64,000 nt of DNA from Macrostomum hystrix. Its lineage: Eukaryota > Animalia > Platyhelminthes. The DNA lies in NCBI GenBank assembly GCA_950097015.1, contig CATNEN010000011.1, positions 3,348,001 to 3,412,000 of the forward strand. The letters are read 5' to 3'. Within the stretch, counting starts at the first letter, position 1. Every line of letters begins with the position of its first letter. Below are positions 13,401 to 25,512 of the stretch, in pieces. Both the position numbers and the translations under genes were made by a program. The notes below the pieces were generated by a model, which made no database searches, was not told the DNA's origin, and saw only the letters and a list, made by a program, of their open reading frames with translations.

Positions 13401-14693
13401 GTAGACAATAACAGCTGGTTCGGAGGCTCCAAGAGGCCATTTGGTGACAGGCGGTAGGTCTGGTCCGGCTGGCGAGTCAATGATCTCAATGCCACTGCGC
13501 TCCAGCAAGTCGTTTCTGATCCCCAGCTCGACAATGGACAAGCCCGCTAAAATGGAAGCCGAGTGCTCAATTTCTGAGTCCGGATTGTTTTCCGTGTCAC
13601 TGGAGTGACGCTGGTAGGGAGTTGGCGAATAGCGCAGCTTGCGAAGTTCGCTTAGCGACGACTCATGCGGGCCCTGCGATTGGCTGACGATTGTCTGACC
13701 TTGACGAAAAGTTTTAGGGTCGCAATTTGAAAGCGGTTGATTAAAAATGAACTTGAATACTTAACGCTGAAAATCTGTACTCTGGACTTGAATTAAGAAC
13801 AATTAAGTCATTTCGAATTATCGATTATCGAATTATCGAATGACGCAACACTCTTCATGCCTACTTCACGATACCTCCGAAACCGAATGACCGATTTTCG
13901 TGAAAGTCCATCATATTTATTTAAACTTTCCGCCCTTACTTTCGATGAACTAACTTTCAAAACCGTCCGACGTCAGCATCGTCGAGATATTCAGCGATTC
14001 TCAGGTAGCAATGATAACTAACATTGCTCTGTATGGCAAGTCCATATTTCGGGTAATGATTACTTATTATTAATTACCAATATAATCAGTACGATATAGT
14101 CAAAAAGAACAGCCGACACATGACAAAATTTTGTGAGCAGAAAATTATGCATATATTGGTGGTTTTGCCACCAGACAACCCGTCGACAATCGTTGAATAT
14201 CTCGACGATGTCGATGTTTTGTGATTCTGGAAGTTGTTTCATCGGATAGAGCGGAAAATTTGAGCCCGTGTTCTGCATTTTCACGGCGATTGGTTGAATA
14301 TTTTGGGAGATTTGGGGAAATGGGAAATGTGGCTATTTGACAGCCCCGTGATCATTCTACTGTGTCCCTGTTGCTGTAGCAGGCTGTCTGTCTGTCGCAA
14401 TTACCCAGCATCTCGTTGACCAGGCTGCTTTTGCCACACTTTGGCTGGCCCATCACCAGCAGCTGCGGTCGCCCGTCCGTGCCACCGATGATCAGAGGCT
14501 GGACTGCGTCGCAAGCGGCTTTCAGTCTTCGCCAGGCGTCGCTCAGATTGAAATCGCACGGCATCACAGCGGACTGTGTCTGCCTGTACACAGCTTCGAG
14601 GACATCGCCAGCTTCGGCTAAAATGTCTTTGATAGCGGCTGCATCTAAGGCGGTCTTCGAGTCTGTCGACTTCACGGGTGAATCGTGAGGCAT
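7446..14693 (-). CDS. DSTYK-like protein: N-terminal P-loop GTPase-like (dynamin-like) domain, helical region and C-terminal pseudokinase; 9 exons, 913 aa
   Basis: Exons 14405-14693, 13368-13699, 12604-12896, 12335-12541, 9122-9636, 8586-8982, 8264-8516, 7940-8148, 7446-7692. Phases are consistent and total 2742 nt. Motifs GQPKCGKS, IIDSPAG, NKID; kinase-like MVIKK, LLIVTERL, HTNLHLAN, TDCG, YNSIDVFSLG, DDPAQR. The exon 2 acceptor (AAG) and donor (GTTCCC) are weak, so those junctions are less certain. Confidence 0.78.
7738..7845. repeat. 26-bp tandem repeat, about 4 copies (last intron of the DSTYK-like gene)
   Basis: GTACTGAATAGCTGTTATTGAAGTGT repeated. Confidence 0.9.
9655..12282. repeat. 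47-bp minisatellite, about 56 copies, filling intron 4 of the DSTYK-like gene
   Basis: Unit CTCTGCTTAGATTAGAATGTGAGGGGACTGTCTGCACACAGCCCCTC, highly homogeneous. Confidence 0.97.
12940..13245 (+). mobile_element. Copy of a dispersed repeat (core AAAGTCAGGGCAGATGTACAC), probably a SINE or LINE 3' end
   Basis: The same core occurs at about 30555, 41700, 55640 and 58190. Longer copies share a 3' end followed by TAT-rich sequence and have variable 5' ends. Confidence 0.65.
13920..14272. mobile_element. Foldback/MITE-like element with long imperfect inverted arms
   Basis: CATCGTCGAGATATTCA at about 13978 is inverted at about 14195. A homologous element lies in opposite orientation in JMJD4 intron 2 (about 44890-45165) and its duplicates. 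Confidence 0.6.
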
Positions 14694-14789
14694 TTCCTGG
14701 ATAGTTATGAAATAGGGAATACCGAAATTACGGAAACGGTACTAATTTGCTATCATTGAGTGAGTATTTAGGGCTATTGTATCTCGGTG

Positions 14790-14965
14790 TGGGATAATTG
14801 GGTGTCTACTGTGCATGGTGACATTTCTCGATGAAATGTGTACTTTAGGGACATTGCTCTCTATGGAGGATAATTGGGTGTGTTCTGTGGTGACATTTCT
14901 CGATGGAATGTGTACTTTAGCCACATTGCTCTCGATGGAGGATAATTATGTGTACTTTAGGGACA
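14790..14965. repeat. Degenerate tandem repeat of about 75 bp upstream of the DSTYK-like start codon
   Basis: GATAATTGGGTGT...GGTGACATTTCTCGATG...TGTGTACTTTAG...ACATTGCTCTC repeated about 2.5 times. Confidence 0.7.
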
Positions 14966-17900
14966 TACGAGTATCGACAGAGGATCATTCGGTGTGATCG
15001 TTGTTAATCCAAAGCAGGGATAATTAACATTGTAGCTCTTTTATTTACTATGCACAACTTACCAATTTTTCGTAGGTATCCTGTTGAATCGAACTATTTA
15101 AATTAACAGTCTGTTTAAAAATTCTCCGTGTCTAAATTGTTTGTCTGCAGTTTTGTAGATAAAAATCTTGGCTTGATAGATAAGCAACCCTGAACTGTCT
15201 GCTTTCAGTTGTCTGTCTTATCGTCTACATTTAAAACATTTGCATGGAGGCCGTGTTCCAGGTCATACAGTTGTAGATAAGGCAGCTTTTATTGGTGCGT
15301 TTCGTCTCTTTCTACTAGTACACTAACTGCGAGACAGAGGCAGCAGATATATGAGCGGTGTAAGAGCGGAAACTCGCTGAAACTCGCCCAGGATCGTGTG
15401 AAGAACAATATTTATGTTCTGCGATTTGCGTCTTTAGATTAAAATGGTAATGAACATTCGAAACACAGTCGATTGTATAATTAATTATGCAGCAGTCTTT
15501 TAACTCCACAATATTATGCTGCAAAATTTAGCATTTAGTCTTAATTCTTACTGCTTTGTACATTCTACGGCATAATAAATCAAGCCAGCGGTAATCAAAT
15601 ACTTTACCTTCAATGCTTCCGTGTCGTGCATAGCTATAAAAATGCTGTTTCTTATTTGGCTTCTGCTCACTGCTTTGCAATGCCGCTGAAAAGTGTCGAA
15701 CTTGCTGCATAAGTCAGGGACAACTTAAAACAAGTCAGGACGAACCGCCGAAACAAAGACTAAAGGTCTCAAAGACCTCTGAGAGCTAGGCTGAACGTGT
15801 GGAAGGGTCCAAAGGATCGAAGGTGGCAAACGAGCCGAATCACTGAAGAGTCCAAATGTTGACGGATCCGCCGAAGAGATCCTCGACTTGCTCTATATAG
15901 AGCCAAAGTCACGCACGCACGCCGTGATCGCGTGATCTGCCCGACCTTGACCCGTTTACCACAGAACCCGATCACGTGGTTCGGCTGCTATGCGTTGATT
16001 GGCTAGGATGGGAGTGGGATAGGCGCACGCTCGGAATAAAATAATGATTTATTACCGAAAAACGATGGGACGCCTGATTACATAACATGATTTATGATAT
16101 TGGGGGAACAAACGGAATTATGGAGCTGGGTGCGCGACAAAAAATAGGGATCGGTTTATGAATGTGTGCGTAGTGGGAGCGGGAAGGGGTTGGTGTGCTG
16201 GACAGTTCTGAAGGGTCATAAATCATTAAGAATGCAGGCAGGTGGTTGCATTTTGACAGACGAAAAACCATGATGAATTTTTTACGACCGGGAGGGACTT
16301 GGTAGCTCAAGTTGTCATCGTACAAGGGGAGGAAGGGTACATGGGAAGGGCAGAATATTATTCCTGAAATATTAAAACTCTTCTTAATAATATTAATATT
16401 AAAGCTCGCTGTAACATCAGAATCAATTTTTTAACGAGTTTCTAACTTTTGTCTCACGCGTGTCGGTCATTTGCTTGTCATAATTTTTCACGAGATGAAA
16501 ATTCTGCCTTTATAAGTGGCGATTAAAAGTATTAAATTAATAATACAACGTTATGAGACGACATGCTGATAGTTGTTTAATTTTTTTTGTTTATTCATAA
16601 GCAAGTCACCAAAAGATGATACTAACGCTATGCGACGGACAAAATAGCAAGAATGCCAATGTACATATAGACTTTGGACTTCTATAGCCAGCATCTAGCA
16701 AGTTATAGATGCTAGCAAGTGGAGCAATTAAAAAGCTACAAAGTGTCGTGACAAAGTAATGAAGTAAAAAGTAACGGTTTAAAGCCAGCCAGCATTAGAA
16801 TTAGCATTAGATTAGAATTAGAGCAGAAAAACAAAAGCTAACAGCCAAGCAAACACTTTAGCTGAATATTTTGATAATGCAACGGTTTTTTTAGGACAAG
16901 AAAAAAATTATCCAGACAAAAATTGGCACTTTGCTTGTACATTTCATGCTATGAAACTCCGCGAAAGCTATTAATTGTACAACGGGAAAGTAGAACAGAA
17001 TAATTCGGGAAATTTAATCAATTTAGAAGAAAATATATTTTCACTGACTACTGATAACTTAAAATAAAAATCAAATAACTCTTGAGCAGATAACCAAAAA
17101 ACGTTTAGTCGCTTTTAATTGCAATTATATATTTACTTAATTTTGAAGGAGCAAGTGAACACTTTTAAGTTAACTAAATTAGTGAAAATAATCTTTTTTT
17201 CCATTGATTGTCGATTATTGATTCAGAAAATAAGTAGTCACCGTAGTTGGAACATATTATTTATCTATTGCAAAATTAAGAAGAATGCTTCAATAGATTG
17301 GATTAGTGTACACATAATCTAACTTCAATTTGTTTTCGATCCACACAATACAACAATTTTTATATATTCTAGAAAAAACGTGTTTTTGTGAAACCTGCGT
17401 TTCTAATAGATTTGCAGAGAAGGAAAATTATTCTAGTTCCAGTAGACTATGTACTGCTTGTAAATGATACACAAGTGAGTATATCTACATATTTGTTAAA
17501 AATTTCCCGTACAAGTACGTACGAGTAGCTCTCACTTTTTAAGAATTTTTTCAATATTTTCATATTGCAGTATTTCGAACTTGATTACCACAATCTGATT
17601 GCTATGCTTTAAGACGAATTTAAAATTTACTCCTAAAATTTCCATTTCAGCAGAAAAATTATACAGCACTAAGACGCTTCTAATGAATAGAATATAGAAA
17701 TTTAAATTGCACATTGTAATTTAAATTTGAATTTAAATTCCTTTTAGAATGCGCACGCTGTAAAATTCTAAAATAAATTTAAATTAAAAAATAATGACCA
17801 GTAAATTGTGTACACAATGAAAGTGGCGTACGAAGAAATTGATGACGTCACATTCTCAGTTCTGATGCTATAAACTCATAAAATTTAGACTTGCATTAAA

Positions 17901-17986
17901 CTTTCTGCGTACGCCACTGCTTTATTTTCAGCCTCAATAAATCTCTGATGCAATTAATTTTTATAAGCGAAACACAAAAAGCGAAA

Positions 17987-20066
17987 TCAATAATCCTTAG
18001 CATTTTGACCAGTTGAACCGCGCTCTCGCACCGCAGCTGACGGTTCGATTTCATCGGGTATGGGCAAATCCAGCTGCTTCACCAGCTCGTACTTATGACC
18101 GCCGGGTGCTGCGCTGGCCCTGGCTGCCATGCGCAGCATAATAATGGACGTCAGCAGCGCCAGAAACTTGAAGAACATTAGAAAGCCCTGGATCACAAAG
18201 AAGTAGCGATACTCGTATCTCTCGGCTATCATGGCGGTGACTGACGGTGACAGGGCCATGCCGACTCCCATTCCGGCAAGGCTAAATGGGTAGGCCAGGT
18301 GTCCCGGTAGGGTTGTCATCTCCTCGCCAGCCGGGAACAAGAATGTGATGCTCGGACCCATGCAGAAGCCTGACACGTAGGCTAGGAAATAGCTGAGCGT
18401 CTTGTTTGAAGCGACAACCTCCCAGTAGATGAGTGAGCAGGACATGAAAAATGTTGTAGTGCTCAGAATATATTTGAGTCGATTCTTTAGCAGATTCTTG
18501 GTGAGCACAGCGATGATGGCGGCAATGGCGTATGTTGATGCTTCGCCGGAAGCAAAAAGCAGAGTAAGATGAGAGCTCTTTGTTAAGGAGGCCTCCCTGC
18601 GTCGAACATAGTCTGCCAGGTTAAGTAACATCCCGTAGGTGACGATGCTAGTCATGATGCGATCGAAAAACCACAGTATCAGGTAGGGGATTTTCTCGCG
18701 CTCAACTTCCCAGATGGCGCCGAAACACTTTTTATCGTTGGCGTAGGGCGGCAGATCCTCGCGTTTAGTGAAGAAGACGCTGCCTGTGAGGTTCACGAAG
18801 AAATAAATGACGCCAAGGATGATGAACGCGTTTCTCCAGTTGTACATTTCGATCAGGTACGCGTACAGCTGAACGAACAGGATGGAAGCGATGGAGCCGC
18901 CGCTGACTAGAGTGGTGGCCAGGATGTGATAGGGGTGCTGCTTGTCGAAGTGCTCGTTAACCACCAGGCCGACAACGCTGAGAATGAGAGACGATCCGAT
19001 GCCGTGAAACAGGGTGTGGGTGAGGAACAGCCAGTGCGGACTGGGCACGAATGCGCTGGTGATACACGCGAGCAGTATGGCGAATGTTCCGGCAGCTTGG
19101 AAGAGCCGAAATCGGCGACCGTAGGCCAGGATGGCAGACGTACTCAGTGTCGTGGTCATATAGCCGAACGCTGCGTAGGAATCGCCAATCCAGTTTAGCT
19201 CAGCCAGTGTGATGGTCGAGTTGAACTCAACGTGAAGCTGAGCTACAAAGACGCCAAATGCGCGACGCTTACCACCGAGGAAGATGACATTGATGGCTGC
19301 GAAGGCCAGGATGAGCCACGCCCAGGTCTGCTGACGCTGGCGCTGCTGACTCGGCGGGCTGCGAAAAAGTTTGTTGCCAGTGAGATGAAAGATTTCAGCT
19401 TATATCCTTTGGATAATATAAACCAGGGGTCGGCAAACTCGACTCGCCAGATGCTCCCAAATCCGATCTCCGGTCCAGCTTACGGTCTTTCCCCTGTCTC
19501 ATCTCTCCTCAGTCTCGTCTCTCTTGTGTCTTATCCCTCCCCTGTCTCATCTCTTCCCTGTCTCATCTATCCCATGTCGCATCTTTACCGTGTTTCATCT
19601 CATCTCTGTCTCATCTCTGGCTCATCTCTGGCTCATCTCTGACTCATCTCTGACTCATCTCTGACTCATCTCTCGTGTGTCTTATCGCTCATCTTTACCG
19701 TCTCATCTCTCCCCTAGCTACAGTCTACAGTCAATGCGGCCTGCTATCGTCCTATAGGTTCTCTCTTTGGCCCGCTAGCTGCCGACCCCTGATTTAAACG
19801 ATAAAATCACAGCTATTACGCGGTGCATTCAATGATCTGTTGCTCAGTTCAGCCTCACTGACAAGCACACAAATCGTTTCCCTAAATAAATACAATAGAT
19901 CATAAGATTTGATTGAACAGTCGCAGAGATCACTCAAGTGCGCACTCACATTGTTCCTAGGTAAATATACTATTTAAATATAAAATAAAATGCCTCTGAA
20001 ATAGATTTTTGCTCCTTACCGATCCTCTTCTAAATCCTTGACGCACCTTAAACATGATTCTTTCAT
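17987..20066 (-). CDS. MFS transporter, monocarboxylate transporter (SLC16)-like, about 472 aa
   Basis: The reading frame extends upstream of the listed ORF to an acceptor at 19358 (QTWAWLILAFAAINVIFLGGKRRAFGVFVAQLHVEF...WIG, like the MCT TM1 motif). A phase-matched first exon lies at 20020-20066 (MKESCLRCVKDLEED, donor GTAAG). About 12 hydrophobic segments. The first exon is less certain. Confidence 0.85.
19424..19791. mobile_element. hAT-type MITE (same family as 3208-4137) in the intron of the SLC16-like gene
   Basis: Termini CAGGGGTCGGCAAACT and GCTGCCGACCCCTG. TSD ATATAAAC/ATTTAAAC. Internal TCTCATCTCT repeats. Confidence 0.8.
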
Positions 20067-22019
20067 GAGATCGAAGCGAAAGTTAGACTAACAGCTACAA
20101 TTTACTGTTATCATATATGGTCTGTCGCAAATTATCTTCGAATAATTAATTCTTATCGTCAGCGGGAAATTGTATAGATAAGACAGGTGCTGAAAACAAA
20201 CTTCTACGACTAAAATGTGACAGCGGTACGTATGGCAGGCAGACTATTTTGCTCCATCACTCCAGAATTTGTGTCTGCCTCATTCTTATATGACTTCACC
20301 TCTCTCCCTCTCTCTCTTTGCTGCCTCTTCTCTCCTGCTATGCTGCACCCTCACTTTGAGCAGTTCTGAGTCGTTCTAACCGGTGCAGTGGGGCACAATA
20401 TCGAATGTCTATAGTCTTCGCAAAGGTTGCAGGGTACAAATAAGAATTGTCTGGACTGTACATTGCCACAGTCTCATTGTCATTGTGAGTGGCAATGCAT
20501 AAGTTTCATCATGGTGTTCGCTAGAAGATACACACCACTTTTCAGTACCTTAATTGTCATTCTCTTTATATTTAACAACCGCCACCAGTTGCTTTGTGAA
20601 TTTACAGCAACAATGGCTTTAAAAGCTTCTGGTAACCCAACCCCCACTCACGGGTACTCACGCAGAAATCTATTCATCATACACATGCATAGGACCTAGC
20701 GATCTTTCCAACAGTTCTTAACTTACGTGAGACGCTTTGAGAGCTAACAGTTTTAGAACACTCGCATTCAAGATACTTATAGAGACCGCATGATAAATTG
20801 ACACTTGAATGCGACTTACATTGCAATGGCGGCACACATGGACCGACTAAGTGGGAGTTGGTTCGATATCAAGCAAACACGAAATCTATAGTCAACTTGA
20901 TTCTTTGGAGTTTTAGCAGTCAGATCAGATTGGAATAGTTGCCAAAATATGTATATATGTAGAATCTAGAGTGGGTGATCGAAAAACGGCAAACCTGTAG
21001 TCTCGAACGACCATATTTAAGTTCTGCATACCACTCACTTCTCTCTCTCTCTCCGAATGCAAGCCTAAATCCTCTGTCCCTTCACCCCCCTGCGTGCACG
21101 GGAAGTTTCAACTCATTTCACAATTTGATCCCACTAAGCTAGATCCTTGTCTAGCCTAAAAAATCGTTTCTGTACGCTGTAAAGAGTCACCATGGCTGAA
21201 CTGCTGCAGAGCGACCGCGTGTGCCTCCAAAGTTTAGTCGTGGTGGAAGAAGATCAGGGGAACAGATCGCAAAATCAACAATTTTTATACCGAAAGCAAT
21301 AAATTTATGCTGGAAGTTCTAAGCGGGAAATTATCAATCAACAAGTTTTTTTGGTTCGTTACAAATTTTGTCGATCCCTTACTGTTTAAATAATTGTTTC
21401 ATTTCATTTCATTTTAGATTGAATCTAGATGCAGTTAATAGCATAACCTAGGGTGTACAACTGTTTAGTCCATGGACAGGTGGGGTCAACACGCCCCACT
21501 AAAATATTTAGTTTCAGAGCAGAAGAGAAAATCAATAGAGTGGTCCAGTTTATTTAATGTATAAGATTCTCATTGCGCCTTGCACATAGGGATAAGCTCC
21601 CATACTATTGTGTGAATTCGGTCAAATTGTATACAAATTAGAAACGGCAGAAGACTATTTTTTAACAGCGTGTCTTCAAAGCCAATTTAGTGTCAGCATG
21701 TACAATGGAGCAGTTTGTGAAGAGGGCAACTGCAGAAAAAGAGTTGAGTTGAGAAGGGCCAGTGCAATACATTTATGCACGAAAATTGCAGCTGTTGGCC
21801 AACAAATGTTTTATCCCACGTCTTTCCTAGAAACACCAACAAGTATTTGAGACATGACGCTCCGCTTAAAATTCATTTTAGCTCGCTTCAGCCAAAACTA
21901 ATATGTGGAGTTCAACGCTAAGGAATTTCACATAAATTTTCCACTGTAAAACAGCTGCGGTTTCTCTCTTATAGCCCTTATGCTTTACTATGGAAGCCCT
22001 TGGTTTTAGTTAATGTATG

Positions 22020-23562
22020 GTCGCGATCCCCCGAATCCATGTGGGCGATCCCCCAAATCCATGTGGCGATCCCCCCGAATCCATGGTGGCTTCTCCCCCG
22101 AATCCATGGTGGCTTCTCCCCCGAATCCATGTGGCGATCCCCCCAAATCCATGGTGGCTTCTCCCCGGAATCCATGGTGGCTTCTCCACCGAATCCATGG
22201 TGGCTTCTTCCCCGAATCCATGGTGGCTTCTCCATCAAATCCATGGAGGCTTCTCCATCAAATCCATGGTGGCTTCTATACCGAATCCATGGTGGCTTCT
22301 CTACCGAATCCATGGTGGCTTCTCTACCGAATCCATGGTGGCTTCTCTACCGAATCTATGGTGGCTTCTCCATCAAATCCATGGTGCTTTCTCCCCCGAA
22401 TCCATGGTGGCTTCTCTACCGAATCCATGGTGGCTTCTCTACCGAATCCATGGTGGCTTCTCTACCGAATCCATGTTGGCTTCTCTACCGAATCCATGGT
22501 GGCTTCTCCACCGAATCCATGGTGGCTTCTCCACCGAATCTATGGTGGCTTCTCCACCGAATCCATGGTGGCTTCTCCCCCGAATCCATGGTGGTTTCTC
22601 CATCAAATCCATGGTGGCTTCTCCACCGAATCTATGGTGGCTTCTCCATCAAATCCATGGTGGCTTCTCCATCAAATCCATGGTGGCTTCTCCATCAAAT
22701 CCATGGTGGCTTCTCCATCAAATCCATGGTGGCTTCTCCACCGAATCCATGGTGGCTTCTCCATCAAATCCATGGTGGCTTCTATACCGAATCCATGGTG
22801 GCTTCTCTACCGAATCCATGGTGGCTTCTCTACCGAATCCATGGTGGCTTCTCTACCGAATCTATGGTGGCTTCTCCATCAAATCCATGGTGCTTTCTCC
22901 CCCGAATCCATGGTGGCTTCTCTACCGAATCCATGGTGGCTTCTCTACCGAATCCATGGTGGCTTCTCTACCGAATCCATGTTGGCTTCTCTACCGAATC
23001 CATGGTGGCTTCTCCACCGAATCCATGGTGGCTTCTCCACCGAATCTATGGTGGCTTCTCCACCGAATCCATGGTGGCTTCTCCCCCGAATCCATGGTGG
23101 TTTCTCCATCAAATCCATGGTGGCTTCTCCACCGAATCTATGGTGGCTTCTCCCCCGAATCCATGGTGGCTTCTCCATCAAATCCATGGTGGCTTCTCCA
23201 TCAAATCCATGGTGGCTTCTCCATCAAATCCATGGTGGCTTCTCCACCGAATCCATGGTGGCTTCTCCATCAAATCCATGGTGGCTTCTCCCCCGAATCC
23301 ATGGTGGCTTCTCCATCAAATCCATGGTGGCTTCTCCACCGAATCCATGTTGGCTTCTCCCCCAAATCCATGGTGGTTTCTCCCCCGAATCCATGGTGGC
23401 TTCTCCACCGAATCCATGGTGGCTTCTCCCCCGAATCCATGGTGGCTTCTCTACCGAATCCATGGTGGCGAACCTCTGAATCCATGGTGGCGAACCCCCA
23501 AAATCCATGGTGGCGAAACCCCAAAATCCATGGTGGCGAACCTTCAAAATCCATGGTGGCTC
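22020..23562. repeat. 23-bp minisatellite of about 1.5 kb
   Basis: Unit GAATCCATGGTGGCTTCTC(C/T)ACC with AAAT/CATC variants. Confidence 0.97.
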
Positions 23563-25512
23563 CACCGTGCAAAAATTTATGTAAATTTAATGTGCAGCAT
23601 GTGACATGGTGTCTACTGTGGAATCCAATACCAGATGCTTTAGAATGAAAATAACTGAGAAACCGATAATATATTGTCTATAAATTTACAAAAAATGTGA
23701 ACGTTATTAAACAAATGTTGAATAACAAACGGGCAAGTTTCTCTTTTACTGATTCGGCTTCTTGAACTTAAGCGAAGCTGAAATTTTATCGACAGATTCA
23801 TCAACCCGGTACCACCGGAGCAGATAACGATTTTTCTAGATTAATCGGGCCAAAAAACCGGACATCCAAATATAGTTTTTCCAGAGAAGAATGATAGTTT
23901 CCCCCTTTTTTGCGGTAATCAAACTTTATGAGGGATATTTTTTGGTACACGGTCTCGACATCCGTGATTTGAAATATTTGTCGAAAACGGCCTACCTTTC
24001 AGTTGGTGTTTCCTCTGGTATCATCGTGAATTAAGTACTTTTGCACTGGCCATATCGGATTCTTATCAAACCAGTTTAGATCATATCATGTATGTGAATG
24101 TCCCTGAATGCTACGAAATTAAACAAAAAATGTTTTCCAGCAAAAACGGATGTTTATCTATTCAGAACCAGGCGAGTGTTTTTATAGCCTCGGTGACTAA
24201 TAAAATTAATGCTGCATTCTTTATAATGAACAACGAAATGTCTATGGTTGAAACCATTAGAAAGACTATGGAAAGTCCACGACTGAGGTGCAGCGGGTGT
24301 TATACACGGCATGAAAATAGAATAATCAACATAAAATAACTCCAGTTTATACATTCATCTGCACGGTCGATAAAGCGAATTAGAATTTATTCTTGACTAA
24401 GGAGCAGGCGAGACTCATTTTGATTCAACTAGTCCCAGTTTCTCGAATATTTTACCGCTAAAATGTTGAATATAATAAATCCATCATACAAACGTGTATG
24501 ATTATTTATAGCTTTTGGTCGCAGAAATAAAGCCAGACAATGCACCCTGCTTCCTACATCAGACGCGTCTGTTCGCATTAAGCGATCCATTACATTCGTC
24601 CGCAGAAAGTGTCATATTTGGGTTAAGCCCGAAAAAGTGTGCGTTCTTAGGCCATTACAATTCCTAGTCTCGCGGAATCCTTGAAGAGTCTGGCGCCGCG
24701 GGTGCCAGTGATGGATAAACACAGCCTGAGCGGGCATCAGACATTTTACTATTGCAGGATTTTTGTACGCCTAAACAAATATACTGTCTAACAAAAGTTC
24801 TTGTACGGTTGCTTCTGTTGCCTCTAGTATCCATAATTTCCATCCGTTTCAAATGAAAATTAGTGCAAATGAAAGCTGGGAATCTCTGCAACATTTTCTG
24901 TTTCACCGTACGTATTTTTTTATTCTGGAGTGGCTCGGAACAGCTTGCCGCATAGCACAGACAGGTCGAATAAAAAAAGTGACAGAATGACATAGAGCAA
25001 GCAGTCTATGGCCAACTTTCTTCACGCGCTGACAAACTCCACAGAGTGTCTAGGAAGCCTTCTGTCGATCGATCGCTCTGTGTGTGGGGTTTGCTTTACT
25101 TCTTCACCCCAGGCGACATGTCTATGGCCTAAACTGTCGCACACTGTATAACCCTGTGCTTTGTTTTTGGTTTGTTTTACAAACTTTTGCAAGATTTTAA
25201 CGAACCAGATTTGTCCAGTCTGTTCAGTCCATGGACTGAGCGGAAGGAACCATCCCACTCAGTAACCCCTATTTCTTTCCCCTGTGTTGCAGGAACATGA
25301 CGCGCGCTTTAATATTTTAGGTGATGCAGACAAATGAGCATCGAGCGACGAGAGCTTCCCGCTGGACCACATCTCTTTAACCAATCACGTCAAGGCCAAC
25401 ATTGCGACTGAAGGAATTTCAATTCAGACAGCAAAGGAAGTTCTAAAGTCACAGGTAAAATGCATCAAAAGAACAAATCCTGTACGAAAAGCTTTATAGA
25501 AAATTCGAAGTG

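Noticed and set aside
14060-14284. 74-aa ORF as a candidate exon of the DSTYK-like gene
   Set aside because: It lies in an inverted-repeat element also present in JMJD4 intron 2, and exon phases close without it.
15720-16040. GC-richer segment with TATA-like CTATATAG, possibly a solo LTR or promoter
   Set aside because: No TG...CA termini, TSD or second copy could be identified.
21978-23648. ORFs of 488-543 aa in all three plus frames
   Set aside because: Artefact of the stop-poor 23-bp minisatellite.
25320-25500. Possible extra coding exon for DEG/ENaC A (ASSDESFPLDHISL...)
   Set aside because: The ATG at 25334 is out of that frame and stops after 26 codons, and the donor (25454) and acceptor (25500) phases do not join the open frame to the CDS. 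It is probably 5' UTR.
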